In this document: positions 9,616 to 21,837 of the stretch, piece by piece
How the letters are laid out: every line of letters begins with the position of its first letter
Position numbering within the stretch: the stretch's first letter is position 1
Assembly: GCA_963794325.1 (NCBI GenBank)
Contig: CAWCDG010000004.1
Span: forward strand, 1,184,001 to 1,248,000
Reading direction: 5' to 3'
Source: an uncultured delta proteobacterium
GTDB taxonomy: Bacteria > Desulfobacterota > Binatia > Binatales > Binataceae
Length of the DNA stretch: 64,000 nucleotides
Notes under the pieces: model-generated
The model's database searches: none
What the model was told of the DNA's origin: nothing
Seen by the model: only the letters and a program-made list of their open reading frames with translations
Made by a program: the position numbers and the translations under genes

Positions 9616-9813
9616 TTACATCGCGGAGGCGCGACGGCGGCGCTGTTCCTTACGGCGGCGGCGCTGGGCCTCGGAACGTTTGCGCTTACGACGGACGCTG
9701 GGCTTCTCGTAAAAAGCCCGCTTCTTCATCTCTTTGAAAACGCCCTCCTTGGCCAGCTTGCGTTTGAGCACTCGCATCGCTTGATCAAGAGAGCCTTCGA
9801 CCCGAATTTCCAT
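9616..9813 (-). CDS. rpsU: 30S ribosomal protein S21
   Basis: LDQAMRVLKRK...EMKKRAFYEKPSVRRKRK. Confidence 0.96.
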   Translation of the reverse strand: MEIRVEGSLDQAMRVLKRKLAKEGVFKEMKKRAFYEKPSVRRKRKRSEAQRRRRKEQRRRRASAM

Positions 9814-9964
9814 AGTCCTCCGTCCGTCCGGTGATTAGCCTGTCGAGTCTAAGTCCGCCTCTGGTCAGAGTCAACCTGCGACGACGCGTCGCAATTCCTC
9901 TTCATGCTCGCAATGCCGGTCTGGTACAACAAATCACCTGCGCGGTGGGCGGCATCGACACCGT

Positions 9965-9997
9965 CGCGGGGGTTGACCCCTGCACCCTGTATTAGGA
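9965..9997 (-). repeat. Repeat family A fragment
   Basis: Minus strand TCCTAATACAGGGTGCAGGGGTCAACCCCCGC. Confidence 0.6.
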
Positions 9998-10014
9998 AGT
10001 AGAGGAGCTTCGAG

Positions 10015-10794
10015 ATGGATTTGGGTCTCACCGGGAAAGTCGCGATGGTCACTGGCGCCAGCCGCGGGATCGGTCGCGCGATCGCTCATGCGCTCGCGGA
10101 CGAGGGCATGTACCTCAGCGTTTGTGCGCGCACGCAGGAGACCCTCACCGAAGCGGTCGCCGCGTTGACCTACACCGGGTCGGCGCCGCGGCCTGCGATG
10201 GGATTCGTCGGCGACATCACAAAGGCCGAAGACGCGCAGCGATGGGTCGATGAGACCGTTAAAAAATTCGGCGGTATCGACGTGCTCGTCAACAATGCCG
10301 GATCGGCGCGTCCGGGGACGCTCGCAGAGCTGCCCGAGTCAGCATGGCAGGAGCAGTTCGATCTGAACCTGTTCGCGCCGGTGCGGCTGGCCCGCCTGTG
10401 CGCCGCGCAAATGGAGAAGCGCCCTGGCGGCTCGATTATCAATATTGGATCGATCTACGGGCGTGAGTCGGGAGGGCCGCTGACCTACAACGCGTCGAAG
10501 GCCGCGCTGCATTCGTTCACCAAGATGCTCGCGCGCGAGTTCGCGCCGAAAAATATCCGCGTCAACACGATCGCTCCCGGCTCGATACTCACCGCCGGCG
10601 GAATCTGGGAGCAGCTCTTTCGCGAGAATCCAGCGTTCGAGAAGGATTTCATCAGCCACGAGATGCCGGCTGGGCGCCTCGGCCGTCCTGACGAAGTCGC
10701 GTACGCAGTCGTGATGCTCGCGTCGCCGCGCGCGAGCTGGATCACCGGCGCAAACATCCCGGTGGACGGCGCGCAGGGACGCTCGATCCTCTGA
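10015..10794 (+). CDS. Short-chain dehydrogenase/reductase
   Basis: TGASRGIG, NNAG, YNASK. Confidence 0.93.
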   Translation: MDLGLTGKVAMVTGASRGIGRAIAHALADEGMYLSVCARTQETLTEAVAALTYTGSAPRPAMGFVGDITKAEDAQRWVDETVKKFGGIDVLVNNAGSARPGTLAELPESAWQEQFDLNLFAPVRLARLCAAQMEKRPGGSIINIGSIYGRESGGPLTYNASKAALHSFTKMLAREFAPKNIRVNTIAPGSILTAGGIWEQLFRENPAFEKDFISHEMPAGRLGRPDEVAYAVVMLASPRASWITGANIPVDGAQGRSIL

Positions 10795-11888
10795 TGCGGT
10801 TTTTTCAGGATTCCCTCCTCACTGTTGCGGCCCTTACTTTCATCGGATGCAGCTCGCCGCTGCCGAGCACCGAACTCCCGCCCGCACGGTACATCCAATC
10901 TGCGCCGGAATTTCCCGGCTTTCACGACTACCGCGGAATCGTCGATCTTCCGATTAAACAATCGGGGATGGATCAATCCGGAATCGCGGACCTGGCCAAG
11001 GCGTCGCAAATCGATTTCGTGTTTCTTGCCGATCACGTCGAGCCGGGCGAGACCGACTTCGGCATCTCCGGATTCACCAACGACATTCTCTTCATCGCGG
11101 GCGGCGCATTCGATGTCGCCGGCAGCCAGATAATCGGCGTGAACCTCCACGAGCCGATCAAGCCCAACCTCACGCCCAACGATTTGATTTCGGCGATTCA
11201 CGACCAGGGCGGGCTCGCGATTGCGGTTGACCCCGCGAAGTTCGCGTCGTCCGAAGACTACGCGCTCGCCGACGCGATGGAAATTTACAGCCAGCGCTCG
11301 GCTTGGCTCGCGCAAAGTTCCACCACGCTCTACTTGCGCGCGATTTTTTTCGGCACCGACCATTTCCTCGCGGGCCTCGACCTTCGTCCAGACGCGAATC
11401 TCGCGCTTTATGATCGGATCAATTCCGGCGCGCGGGTCGCGATGCTCGCGGGGACGGGCGCGCCTGACAACCTGAACGTCATGGGCGCGAAGGTCGGGAC
11501 GCTGCCGCAACTTTTTCTCTTCTGCACGACGCATCTGCTGGCGCGCGAGCGTAATACCGATCCGATCCTCGAAGCGCTCCGCCTCGGGCATTCGTATGTC
11601 AGCTTCGACTATCTCGGCTACGTCGGCGCGTTCGCGTTTTTCGCGCGCGCCGGAGACACGATCGCGATGATGGGCGATGAAATTCACCTGGCACCCGGCC
11701 TGACCCTCAAGACCGAACTGCCCGCGCCGGCCGATCGAATCGCGATGTATCAAAACGGCGCCGAAGTAACCTCAGCCGACAACGCATCGACGCTGGAGTT
11801 CGCACCGAAGTCCCCGGGCAGTTACCGAATCGAAGCGTATCGCGCCGGCAAGATGTGGATCCTGTCGAACCCCGTGTACGTGCGCTGA
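10794..11888 (+). CDS. Putative lipoprotein with PHP-like fold and C-terminal beta domain
   Basis: Lipobox-like FIGC; DFVFLADH, IHDQGGLAI, ILEALRLGHSYVSF, WILSNPVYV. Confidence 0.6.
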   Translation: MRFFQDSLLTVAALTFIGCSSPLPSTELPPARYIQSAPEFPGFHDYRGIVDLPIKQSGMDQSGIADLAKASQIDFVFLADHVEPGETDFGISGFTNDILFIAGGAFDVAGSQIIGVNLHEPIKPNLTPNDLISAIHDQGGLAIAVDPAKFASSEDYALADAMEIYSQRSAWLAQSSTTLYLRAIFFGTDHFLAGLDLRPDANLALYDRINSGARVAMLAGTGAPDNLNVMGAKVGTLPQLFLFCTTHLLARERNTDPILEALRLGHSYVSFDYLGYVGAFAFFARAGDTIAMMGDEIHLAPGLTLKTELPAPADRIAMYQNGAEVTSADNASTLEFAPKSPGSYRIEAYRAGKMWILSNPVYVR

Positions 11889-11914
11889 GAGCGCGCGAGA
11901 CGCGAAGAACTAAA

Positions 11915-11955
11915 TTGAATGTGAAACCCGCGGTGGGTTTCACGCTTTCGGGTAG
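11915..11955 (-). repeat. Repeat family A fragment
   Basis: TTGAATGTGAAACCCGCGGTGGGTTTCAC, near reverse complement of the 3' end of the 13719 copy. Confidence 0.75.
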
Positions 11956-12061
11956 GAGGGTCCGGGAAATTACCTCGCCCGTTATGTTACGGGAGAGGAG
12001 GCCGGCCGCATCGCGGCCGGTAGGTGAGGGTTCTGCGGCTCAAGATGCAAGCGTTCGCCTA

Positions 12062-13387
12062 TTACGCGATCGAGCACATCAGCGAATGCCCGGTGGCGGA
12101 ATCGACGCGCACGTTGACGGTGTCGCCCGCGCAAATTCCTTCGACGCCCTTGAAGATCGCAGTTTTGAATTGCGGCGTCTTGCCCGAAATCATGCCGCCG
12201 CCGCGCCGCGCCGGTCCTTCGACCAGCACCGGGAACTCGCAGCCGACCATCGCGCGATTGCGCGCCAGCGACATCTCTTCCTGCAATGCGATCAGGGCCG
12301 TCAGCCGGCGGCCCTTCACGTCTTCGTCGACGGAATCGCCAAGGCGAAATGCGCGCGTGTGCTCGCGCACCGAATATTTGAACATGAACGCGGAGTCGTA
12401 GCCGACTTCGCGCATGATCGCGGTCGTCGCCTCGAAGTCTGATTCCTCTTCGCCATGAAATCCGACGATGATGTCGGTCGAGAGCGCGACTCCGGGAATC
12501 GCTGTGCGCACGCGCGCAACCAGGTCGAGATATTCGGCGACGGTGTAGCCGCGTTCCATCGCGGTCAGGATTCTGTCGGAGCCTGACTGAATCGGCAGGT
12601 GCAGTTGCGGCTGGACCTTCGGCTCGGTCGCCATCGCCTCGATAATCGACTCGCTCATGTCGCTCGGATGCGGCGACGTAAATCGAATCCGCTCAATTCC
12701 GTCGATCGACGCGATCATCCTGAGCAGCGCGCCGAAGCCGGTCTCGCCGAAGCGGTACGCGTTGACGGTTTGCCCGAGCAGGACGACCTCTTTGACGCCG
12801 CTCGCAGCAAGTTCGCCAATTTCGCGCATCAGGTCGGCGGGAGGAATCGAGCGCTCGCGGCCGCGCACGTACGGCACGACGCAGAACGCGCAGAATTTGT
12901 CGCATCCGCGCATCGCAGTCACGTAGGCGCGCACGCCGCCGCCGTAGTCGGGAGTGATATCGGCGTAAGTCTCAGCGCGATCGAGCCGGACGTCGATGGA
13001 CGCATCGAAGCCGGCGTTGCCGATCATTTCAGGCAGGCGGCGGTAACTGTCGGGTCCTGCGACCACGTCGAGGAACGGGGCCTTTTCCACGATCGCGACG
13101 CGATTATGCTGCGCCATGCATCCGAGCAGGCCGAGCTTCACCTCCGGCCGCGAATTCTTCAGCCGCGCCAGTTCCCGAAGCCGGTGCAGGACCTTCTCTT
13201 CGGCATGCTCGCGAATCGCGCAGGTGTTGAGCAGCACGACGTCCGCATCCTCGACACCGTCGGCAGTGACGTAACCCGCGCGGCGCAAAACGGCACTGAC
13301 CGTTTGCGAATCGGCAACATTCATCTGGCATCCGTAAGTCTCGAGATAGACCCGCGGATGAGTGGGATTTGCGGCGCGCTCGTTCAT
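12062..13387 (-). CDS. miaB: tRNA (N6-isopentenyl-A37) methylthiotransferase
   Basis: TYGCQMNVADS, LNTCAIRE, GCMAQ, radical-SAM CDKFCAFC, C-terminal TRAM domain. Confidence 0.95.
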   Translation of the reverse strand: MNERAANPTHPRVYLETYGCQMNVADSQTVSAVLRRAGYVTADGVEDADVVLLNTCAIREHAEEKVLHRLRELARLKNSRPEVKLGLLGCMAQHNRVAIVEKAPFLDVVAGPDSYRRLPEMIGNAGFDASIDVRLDRAETYADITPDYGGGVRAYVTAMRGCDKFCAFCVVPYVRGRERSIPPADLMREIGELAASGVKEVVLLGQTVNAYRFGETGFGALLRMIASIDGIERIRFTSPHPSDMSESIIEAMATEPKVQPQLHLPIQSGSDRILTAMERGYTVAEYLDLVARVRTAIPGVALSTDIIVGFHGEEESDFEATTAIMREVGYDSAFMFKYSVREHTRAFRLGDSVDEDVKGRRLTALIALQEEMSLARNRAMVGCEFPVLVEGPARRGGGMISGKTPQFKTAIFKGVEGICAGDTVNVRVDSATGHSLMCSIA

Positions 13388-13494
13388 AGGACGAAACGAA
13401 ATCTTAGGCCACCACGCCTCGTCGATACAACGCGGCGCCGCGCATAAGCCTTGCCGGGAATCGCCGCGATACTTAAATTTCTGCCACGACTTCT

Positions 13495-13692
13495 ATGCCA
13501 GAGAATCGCAGGCCATCATTCGAGCGGATGGAAGCCACTTTGCTGGCGTGTCCGCAATGCAAGCGCGCGGTGAAGGTGCGCAAGCGGCTCCTGCTGGTCC
13601 TGCCAAATGGCGACAAGTATCTGTACGTCTGCCCCGATTGCGGATCGACCTGCGGCGAGACAATCGAGACCCCGCCGCCGGGAATCCGCTGA
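13495..13692 (+). CDS. Small zinc-ribbon protein
   Basis: CPQC...CPDC. Confidence 0.7.
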   Translation: MPENRRPSFERMEATLLACPQCKRAVKVRKRLLLVLPNGDKYLYVCPDCGSTCGETIETPPPGIR

Positions 13693-13718
13693 TCATGCGA
13701 CAACCTCCCCGTTAAAGC

Positions 13719-13819
13719 TTTCTAACAGGGACGAAGTCCCGCATCTTTGTCCTGATACTGGGTGCAGGGGTCACCCCTGCCGAAGGAGGTGTGGAACCCA
13801 CCGCGGGTTCCACATTCAA
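13719..13819 (+). repeat. Repeat family A full copy
   Basis: GGGACGAAGTCCC, GCAGGGGTCACCCCTGC, GTGGAACCCACCGCGGGTTCCAC. Confidence 0.85.
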
Positions 13820-13828
13820 TAAAGTGAC

Positions 13829-14377
13829 TTACCCTTCCTTACCGCGCATGCCATCGAGATCGCGCATCGCGCGCTCGAGGATCTCCCGCACTTTGTCGAT
13901 TCGCTCCTGCGATGCGCTCTCGCCTGCTACTGCCCGAAATGCGGCCTTGACCAGGCGCTCGGCGGGGCCGCGGATTTCGGCGGCGTCCGGGTCGTTCGCA
14001 TGACGCCATCCGGCCCATCGACGTGCTCGCCACCAGATGCGTCGCACGGTCTCGTCCTCGCGCTTGAGTTCGGCGGCGCCGGCGTCGGTGATCGCGTAAA
14101 CGCGCTTGCCTTCCTTCGAGTCCGACGAAATCAGACCCTCATCTTCGAGTTGCTGTAGCGTCGGATAAACCGTCCCGGCGCTGGCGCTGTAGATTCCGCC
14201 TGATCGCTCTTCGAGCTGACGCATCAGCTCGTAGCCGTGTTTCGGGCCATCTGCGATCAACGACAGTAGCGCGAGCCGAACTTCGCCCGGGCCGAAGAAT
14301 CGCGCCCGCATGCCCATCATGCCGAATTCTGCCCAGTGGCCACGTCTTTGAAACCGTCGAGTTCCACAAACCATCAT
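13829..14377 (-). CDS. PadR-family transcriptional regulator
   Basis: PKHGYELM...SAGTVYPTLQQLEDEGLI...KRVYAITDAG. Confidence 0.93.
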   Translation of the reverse strand: MMVCGTRRFQRRGHWAEFGMMGMRARFFGPGEVRLALLSLIADGPKHGYELMRQLEERSGGIYSASAGTVYPTLQQLEDEGLISSDSKEGKRVYAITDAGAAELKREDETVRRIWWRARRWAGWRHANDPDAAEIRGPAERLVKAAFRAVAGESASQERIDKVREILERAMRDLDGMRGKEG

Positions 14378-14415
14378 GAGTGACCCTCCGTAACACCGTA
14401 ATACACGATGGAAGG

Positions 14416-14431
14416 TATATCGTACGATATA
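14416..14431. promoter_or_regulatory. Probable PadR autoregulatory operator
   Basis: Perfect 16-bp palindrome TATATCGTACGATATA just upstream of the PadR gene. Confidence 0.6.
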
Positions 14432-14507
14432 GCTGGAGTCAATGCGAAAACTACCGCTTCGTCTTACTTACTGGACTATTCCCGGTTTTTGCAGAACTAG
14501 CGACGCT

Positions 14508-14912
14508 TCAGCCCATGACGTGCACAGACGCCGGCTCGATCACGTACGTCACGCGCTTCTCGCCTGGCGTGCGGAAGGGATATTTGTCCTGATTCAGGTA
14601 CTTCTTGGCGAGGCTGTCGATGTGCGCGTCGGCGTCCTTCTCGTCTTCGGCGATCACCGGACCGCGGATCGTCAGGTGCCGGTAGGCATTGTCGGGATCG
14701 ACGATCGCGAGCGCGACCTTCGACCCGACCTTCATGTTCTTAGCCTTGACCCGTCCGCGCGCCGTGTTGATTCGGATTTTTCCGTTGGTGTAATCGAACC
14801 ACACCGGACTCACTTGCGGGGAGCCGTCGGGCATCACTGTCGCGATATTCGCCAGCGGTTTCTTTGTCGTGAGAAGGTCGAGAAATTTCTCGGGAATCTT
14901 GCTCGATGCCAT
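14508..14912 (-). CDS. PPOX-class probable F420-dependent oxidoreductase
   Basis: ATVMPDGSPQVSPVW, NTARGRVKAKN, HIDSLAKKY; start at MASSKIP. Confidence 0.88.
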   Translation of the reverse strand: MASSKIPEKFLDLLTTKKPLANIATVMPDGSPQVSPVWFDYTNGKIRINTARGRVKAKNMKVGSKVALAIVDPDNAYRHLTIRGPVIAEDEKDADAHIDSLAKKYLNQDKYPFRTPGEKRVTYVIEPASVHVMG

Positions 14913-15129
14913 CGGCGGTACTCCTTGGTTATGTCGGATATGAATCCAGACTAGACGATCGTTCGCGTGAGGCAACTGTTGCAATCGGGACAAATTCGGC
15001 GCCGGTTTGTGGGAGAATCTGCGGGATGAATTTGACACCTACATTTGCATGCGTTAATAGCCAAGCTTAAGCTCGAATCTGGAATGCGGCGCGGGAACGA
15101 TGCCCGTTTGCGCCGAGGAGTATTTTGCG

Positions 15130-15672
15130 ATGGCGCTGTTCAACAAAGAGCCCGAAAAGAATCCAAAAATTCAACCGACTATCGTGCCGCAAGCATCCAG
15201 CACGCCCACTCCTTCAACTTCGACCACCGCTGCGTCGCCGGCTCCCCGATCCAACGGACCAGCTCCGGCGGACGGCCGTGCGTATCTTGATCGCGGATCG
15301 AAAATTTCGGGCAAGATCTCGTTCGAGGGCCCGGCCCGAATCGACGGCGAGGTTGACGGCGAGATCAACGCCAAAGACGCTCTGACAATCGGTGAGTCTG
15401 CGGTGATCACCGCGCACATCCGCGCCGCCTCGGTGTCGGTCGCCGGCAAGGTCAGTGGCGATATCGTCGCGACTCAGCGAATCGAGATCCGCCCGTCGGC
15501 CAAGGTCAGCGGCAATATCACGGCGCCGGTGCTGTCGGTGCAGGAAGGCGCGCAGTTCGAGGGGCACTGCTCGATGCAGCCCGAGGGTATCCGCGAGGAC
15601 CGCAAAGTCACAGTATTCCCCAAGGAGGAGCGCGTGGCGCAAGCCGCCGTCGGAGGGCAGAAGCAGGCCTGA
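15130..15672 (+). CDS. Bactofilin (polymer-forming cytoskeletal protein)
   Basis: SKISGKISFEGPARIDGEVDGEI, V.GKV.GDI, EGAQFEGHCSM. Confidence 0.9.
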   Translation: MALFNKEPEKNPKIQPTIVPQASSTPTPSTSTTAASPAPRSNGPAPADGRAYLDRGSKISGKISFEGPARIDGEVDGEINAKDALTIGESAVITAHIRAASVSVAGKVSGDIVATQRIEIRPSAKVSGNITAPVLSVQEGAQFEGHCSMQPEGIREDRKVTVFPKEERVAQAAVGGQKQA

Positions 15673-15767
15673 AACTGCCCCGGCCGGTTGAGCTAGTAAT
15701 AGGTCCGCGTTCCCGATTCCGATGATGGAGAGAACTTCGATAGTCCCCCCAGGGGAGACGCCGTAAT

Positions 15768-16235
15768 ATGCATATCCCGCCGAATTGGGGGACGTTCTTT
15801 GCGCTGATTGTTTCGTTCCTGGTTTTCTGGTTTATATTCAGCCGATTATTTTTTCGCCCGTTCCTGAACCTGCTGTCCGAGCGCGAGCGCAGATTCAAGG
15901 ACTTGAACGATCGCACCGAGCTATTGATCAAGCAGGCGCGCGCCGCCGAAGAGGAACGTGAAGCGCGGCTCGCCGAGGTAAGGAAGGGCGCATTCGCGCG
16001 GCGCGAGAGCGAAAGGCGTGCGGCTGAAGCAGAAGCCGCGCAATTGATGGAAGCGGCGAAGGCCGAGGCGCGGGAGACGCTCGAGCAGGTTCGCGCGAAA
16101 ATTGAGACGGAGCTGAAGGCGGCAGAACACGAGCTCGAGCAGATGGGACACAGCCTGGCGAGCGAGCTCGCCGAGCGCGTGCTGGGCCGGCCCTTGAATG
16201 GCGGCGTAGCGACAACGACAGGCAAAAACAATTAG
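15768..16235 (+). CDS. atpF: ATP synthase F0 subunit b'
   Basis: N-terminal TM, FFRPFLNLLSERERR, charged coiled coil; operon position. Confidence 0.85.
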   Translation: MHIPPNWGTFFALIVSFLVFWFIFSRLFFRPFLNLLSERERRFKDLNDRTELLIKQARAAEEEREARLAEVRKGAFARRESERRAAEAEAAQLMEAAKAEARETLEQVRAKIETELKAAEHELEQMGHSLASELAERVLGRPLNGGVATTTGKNN

Positions 16236-16256
16236 GCGCGACTGATTCAACATCAA

Positions 16257-16841
16257 ATGAAGAAGTGGACCACATCGGCGGCGATTCTCGCTGCCGCTTT
16301 TTTTGTGTACGGCGTCCCTTATGCCCATGCGGCGGAAGGCGCGGGCGCAGAGCACGGCTCATGGCTGCTGCTGACCTTCTTCGTGATCAACTTTGCGCTG
16401 TTCGTTGGCGTGATCGCTTATTTCGCCGGTTCGCCAATACGGAAATTCTTCGCCGATCGCGCTGTCACCATTCGCACCTCCCTGTCGCGAGCGCAGAGTG
16501 CGCTGAACGAGGCCGAAGATCTGGCCAACAAGGCCGCCGCGCGGATGGCCGCGCTGTCGGCGGAGTTGAAGAAGCTGGCCGACGAGCTCGAGCAGGAAAC
16601 TGCTTTCCAGGTCGGCAAGGTCAAGGACCTCGCGAAGTCGGCCGCCGAAAGAATTCGTCGCGACACCGGGATGAGCAGTTCCGCGTTGTCGGAAGCCGCA
16701 AAGCGGCGCGTGCGCGCGCAGTTGGCCGAATCCGCCGCCACGCTCGCGAGCGATCTGATTGGCCGCAATTTTCAGCCTGCCGACCAGGGCCGGCTTATCG
16801 ACGGTTTCATGGACAAGCTCGGCAGCGGTGACCGCCGATGA
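16257..16841 (+). CDS. atpF: ATP synthase F0 subunit b
   Basis: INFALFVGVIAYF..PIRKFFADR, DQGRLIDGFM. Confidence 0.88.
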   Translation: MKKWTTSAAILAAAFFVYGVPYAHAAEGAGAEHGSWLLLTFFVINFALFVGVIAYFAGSPIRKFFADRAVTIRTSLSRAQSALNEAEDLANKAAARMAALSAELKKLADELEQETAFQVGKVKDLAKSAAERIRRDTGMSSSALSEAAKRRVRAQLAESAATLASDLIGRNFQPADQGRLIDGFMDKLGSGDRR

Positions 16842-17371
16842 AAGGTTCGCGAGTCGCCAAGCGCTACGCGCGCGCCCTGCTCGACCTGGCCGACCGGGGC
16901 AACGAAGAAAAGTGGGGCGCCGAGCTCGAACGGTTGGCCGCGATGGTCGAGTCGCCCGAGCTCATCGAGCGTCTCGCGTCGCCCGAGCTGCCCGAACAAT
17001 CGCGGCAGGAAGCGATGGCGAAGATTGCCGAGCGCCTGAATCTCAGCTTTCCGGTGCGCTCGTTCGCTGTTGTGATCGCTCGCCACGGACGGATTCGCGA
17101 AATCGGCGCGATCGCCGAGTCGTATCGCGACCTGCTCGATCAGAAGATGGGCCGTGAGCGCGCGACGCTCACCTTTGCGATCAAACCTTCGGACGCCGAA
17201 GTTGCGCGAGTAGTGAGCGGACTTGAGAATATCGCCAAACTGAAAATCATCCCGACCGTGAAAGTCGATGCCGCGCTGCTCGGCGGCGTCACCGCGGAAC
17301 TGGGCGGAAGAATTTACGACGGCAGCCTTGCAACTCGCCTCGCGGAGGCCAAGCGCCGGCTCGCGGGCTAG
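16838..17371 (+). CDS. atpH: ATP synthase F1 subunit delta
   Basis: [23 protein letters not shown]. Confidence 0.93.
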   Translation: MKGSRVAKRYARALLDLADRGNEEKWGAELERLAAMVESPELIERLASPELPEQSRQEAMAKIAERLNLSFPVRSFAVVIARHGRIREIGAIAESYRDLLDQKMGRERATLTFAIKPSDAEVARVVSGLENIAKLKIIPTVKVDAALLGGVTAELGGRIYDGSLATRLAEAKRRLAG

Positions 17372-17390
17372 GCAGGAAAACTACATCTAT

Positions 17391-18935
<1,545 letters not shown>

Positions 18936-18953
18936 TCGCGATAGCGTTCCACG

Positions 18954-19856
18954 ATGGCATCACTCAAGGCAATCCGGCGCCGGATTTCGTCGGCCAAATC
19001 GACGCAGCAGATCACGCGCGCGTTGAAGCTGGTCTCGGCCGCGCGCTTGCGCCGCGCCCAGGAAGCATTGATCAACGCATTGCCCTACAGCGAAGCCCTC
19101 GCGCGCGTCGCCGACTCTCTGCTCACGTCGGAAGGAATCTCGGTCGGCCCCGTCGAAGGCGCGCAAAAGCGATCGCTGCTGGTGGTGGTCGCATCGGATC
19201 GCGGCCTGGCCGGCGGCTACAACGCGAACCTGTTCCGCGCGACCGAGGCGACGCAGCGCGAAATCCGCGGCACTGGCCTCGAGATCGAATTGTTTGCAGT
19301 CGGCAAAAAAGCCGTCGATTATTTCAGGCGCACTAATGTGCCGGTCGCACTCTCGCGAGTCGACAATCTCCCTCGCCTGGCAACCATCGCACTCGCACGC
19401 GACATCGCGGCCAAGATGCTCTCCGACTACTCCTCCGGCGCCATCGACGAAGCCGGCATCGTCTACACTCATTTCCAATCCGCCCTCGTGCAGAAGCCGG
19501 TGTACGAGCGCCTCCTTCCGATCAAGCCGCCGGGAGAGGCAGGCATCAAACCAGGCGCGGAAGTCGAGGCTGCGGTTTCAAAATCCGACGCGCCCAAAAT
19601 CGACTACCTCGTCGAGCCGTCGCGCGAGGAACTGGTGCCCGTCGTGCTGCGGGGATATCTCGAAGCGAGCGTCTATCACGCGCTGCTCGAATCCGAAGCC
19701 AGCGAGCAAGGCGCGCGCATGACCGCGATGGACGCGGCGACCAACAATGCCAACGACATGATCTCGTCGCTAACTCTCGAAATGAACCGCGCTCGCCAGG
19801 CCCAGATCACTCGCGAGCTGATGGACATAGTAGGCGGCGCCGAGGCGTTGCGCTGA
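18954..19856 (+). CDS. atpG: ATP synthase F1 subunit gamma
   Basis: SDRGLAG, ASEQGARMTAM, NRARQAQITREL. Confidence 0.97.
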   Translation: MASLKAIRRRISSAKSTQQITRALKLVSAARLRRAQEALINALPYSEALARVADSLLTSEGISVGPVEGAQKRSLLVVVASDRGLAGGYNANLFRATEATQREIRGTGLEIELFAVGKKAVDYFRRTNVPVALSRVDNLPRLATIALARDIAAKMLSDYSSGAIDEAGIVYTHFQSALVQKPVYERLLPIKPPGEAGIKPGAEVEAAVSKSDAPKIDYLVEPSREELVPVVLRGYLEASVYHALLESEASEQGARMTAMDAATNNANDMISSLTLEMNRARQAQITRELMDIVGGAEALR

Positions 19857-19872
19857 TGATCATTCTCTTAAA

Positions 19873-21387
<1,515 letters not shown>

Positions 21388-21409
21388 CTGGGACGATTAT
21401 CTGAAATAA

Positions 21410-21832
21410 ATGGCTTCGACGTTCAAATTCAGGCTGGTCACTCCGACCGGCATAGTCTTCGAAGGCGATGCCGCCGAAGTCTCCGCAGCAGGCCCGCTAG
21501 GCGAATTCGGCATCCTGCCCGAGCACATCAACTTCATAACGTCACTGGTCCCCGGCGTGCTCGAAGCGCAATTGCCCGACGGCACGAAGATGCACTGGGT
21601 AATCTCCGGCGGCTTGGCCGAAGTCAAAGACGGCGTGATGACAGTGTTAGCGAGCAGCGCCGAATCCCCGGAAACAGTGGACGCGTCGGAAGCCGCCGCG
21701 CAAGTAGAACTAGCCGACAAACAATTCTCAACTCTCAGCTACTACGACCCCACCTATCAAGCAGCCCAGGAAGCCCTACAACTAGCCCGCGCCAGAGTAG
21801 AAGCCGCCGCCCTGAAATCAAGCGCGCGCTAG
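21410..21832 (+). CDS. atpC: ATP synthase F1 subunit epsilon
   Basis: LVTPTG, GEFGILPEH, ISGGLAEV. Confidence 0.94.
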   Translation: MASTFKFRLVTPTGIVFEGDAAEVSAAGPLGEFGILPEHINFITSLVPGVLEAQLPDGTKMHWVISGGLAEVKDGVMTVLASSAESPETVDASEAAAQVELADKQFSTLSYYDPTYQAAQEALQLARARVEAAALKSSAR

Positions 21833-21837
21833 TTCTC

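Noticed and set aside
1837-13819. Palindromic repeats as a CRISPR array
   Set aside because: They are dispersed, in both orientations, lack regular spacers, and no cas genes are present.
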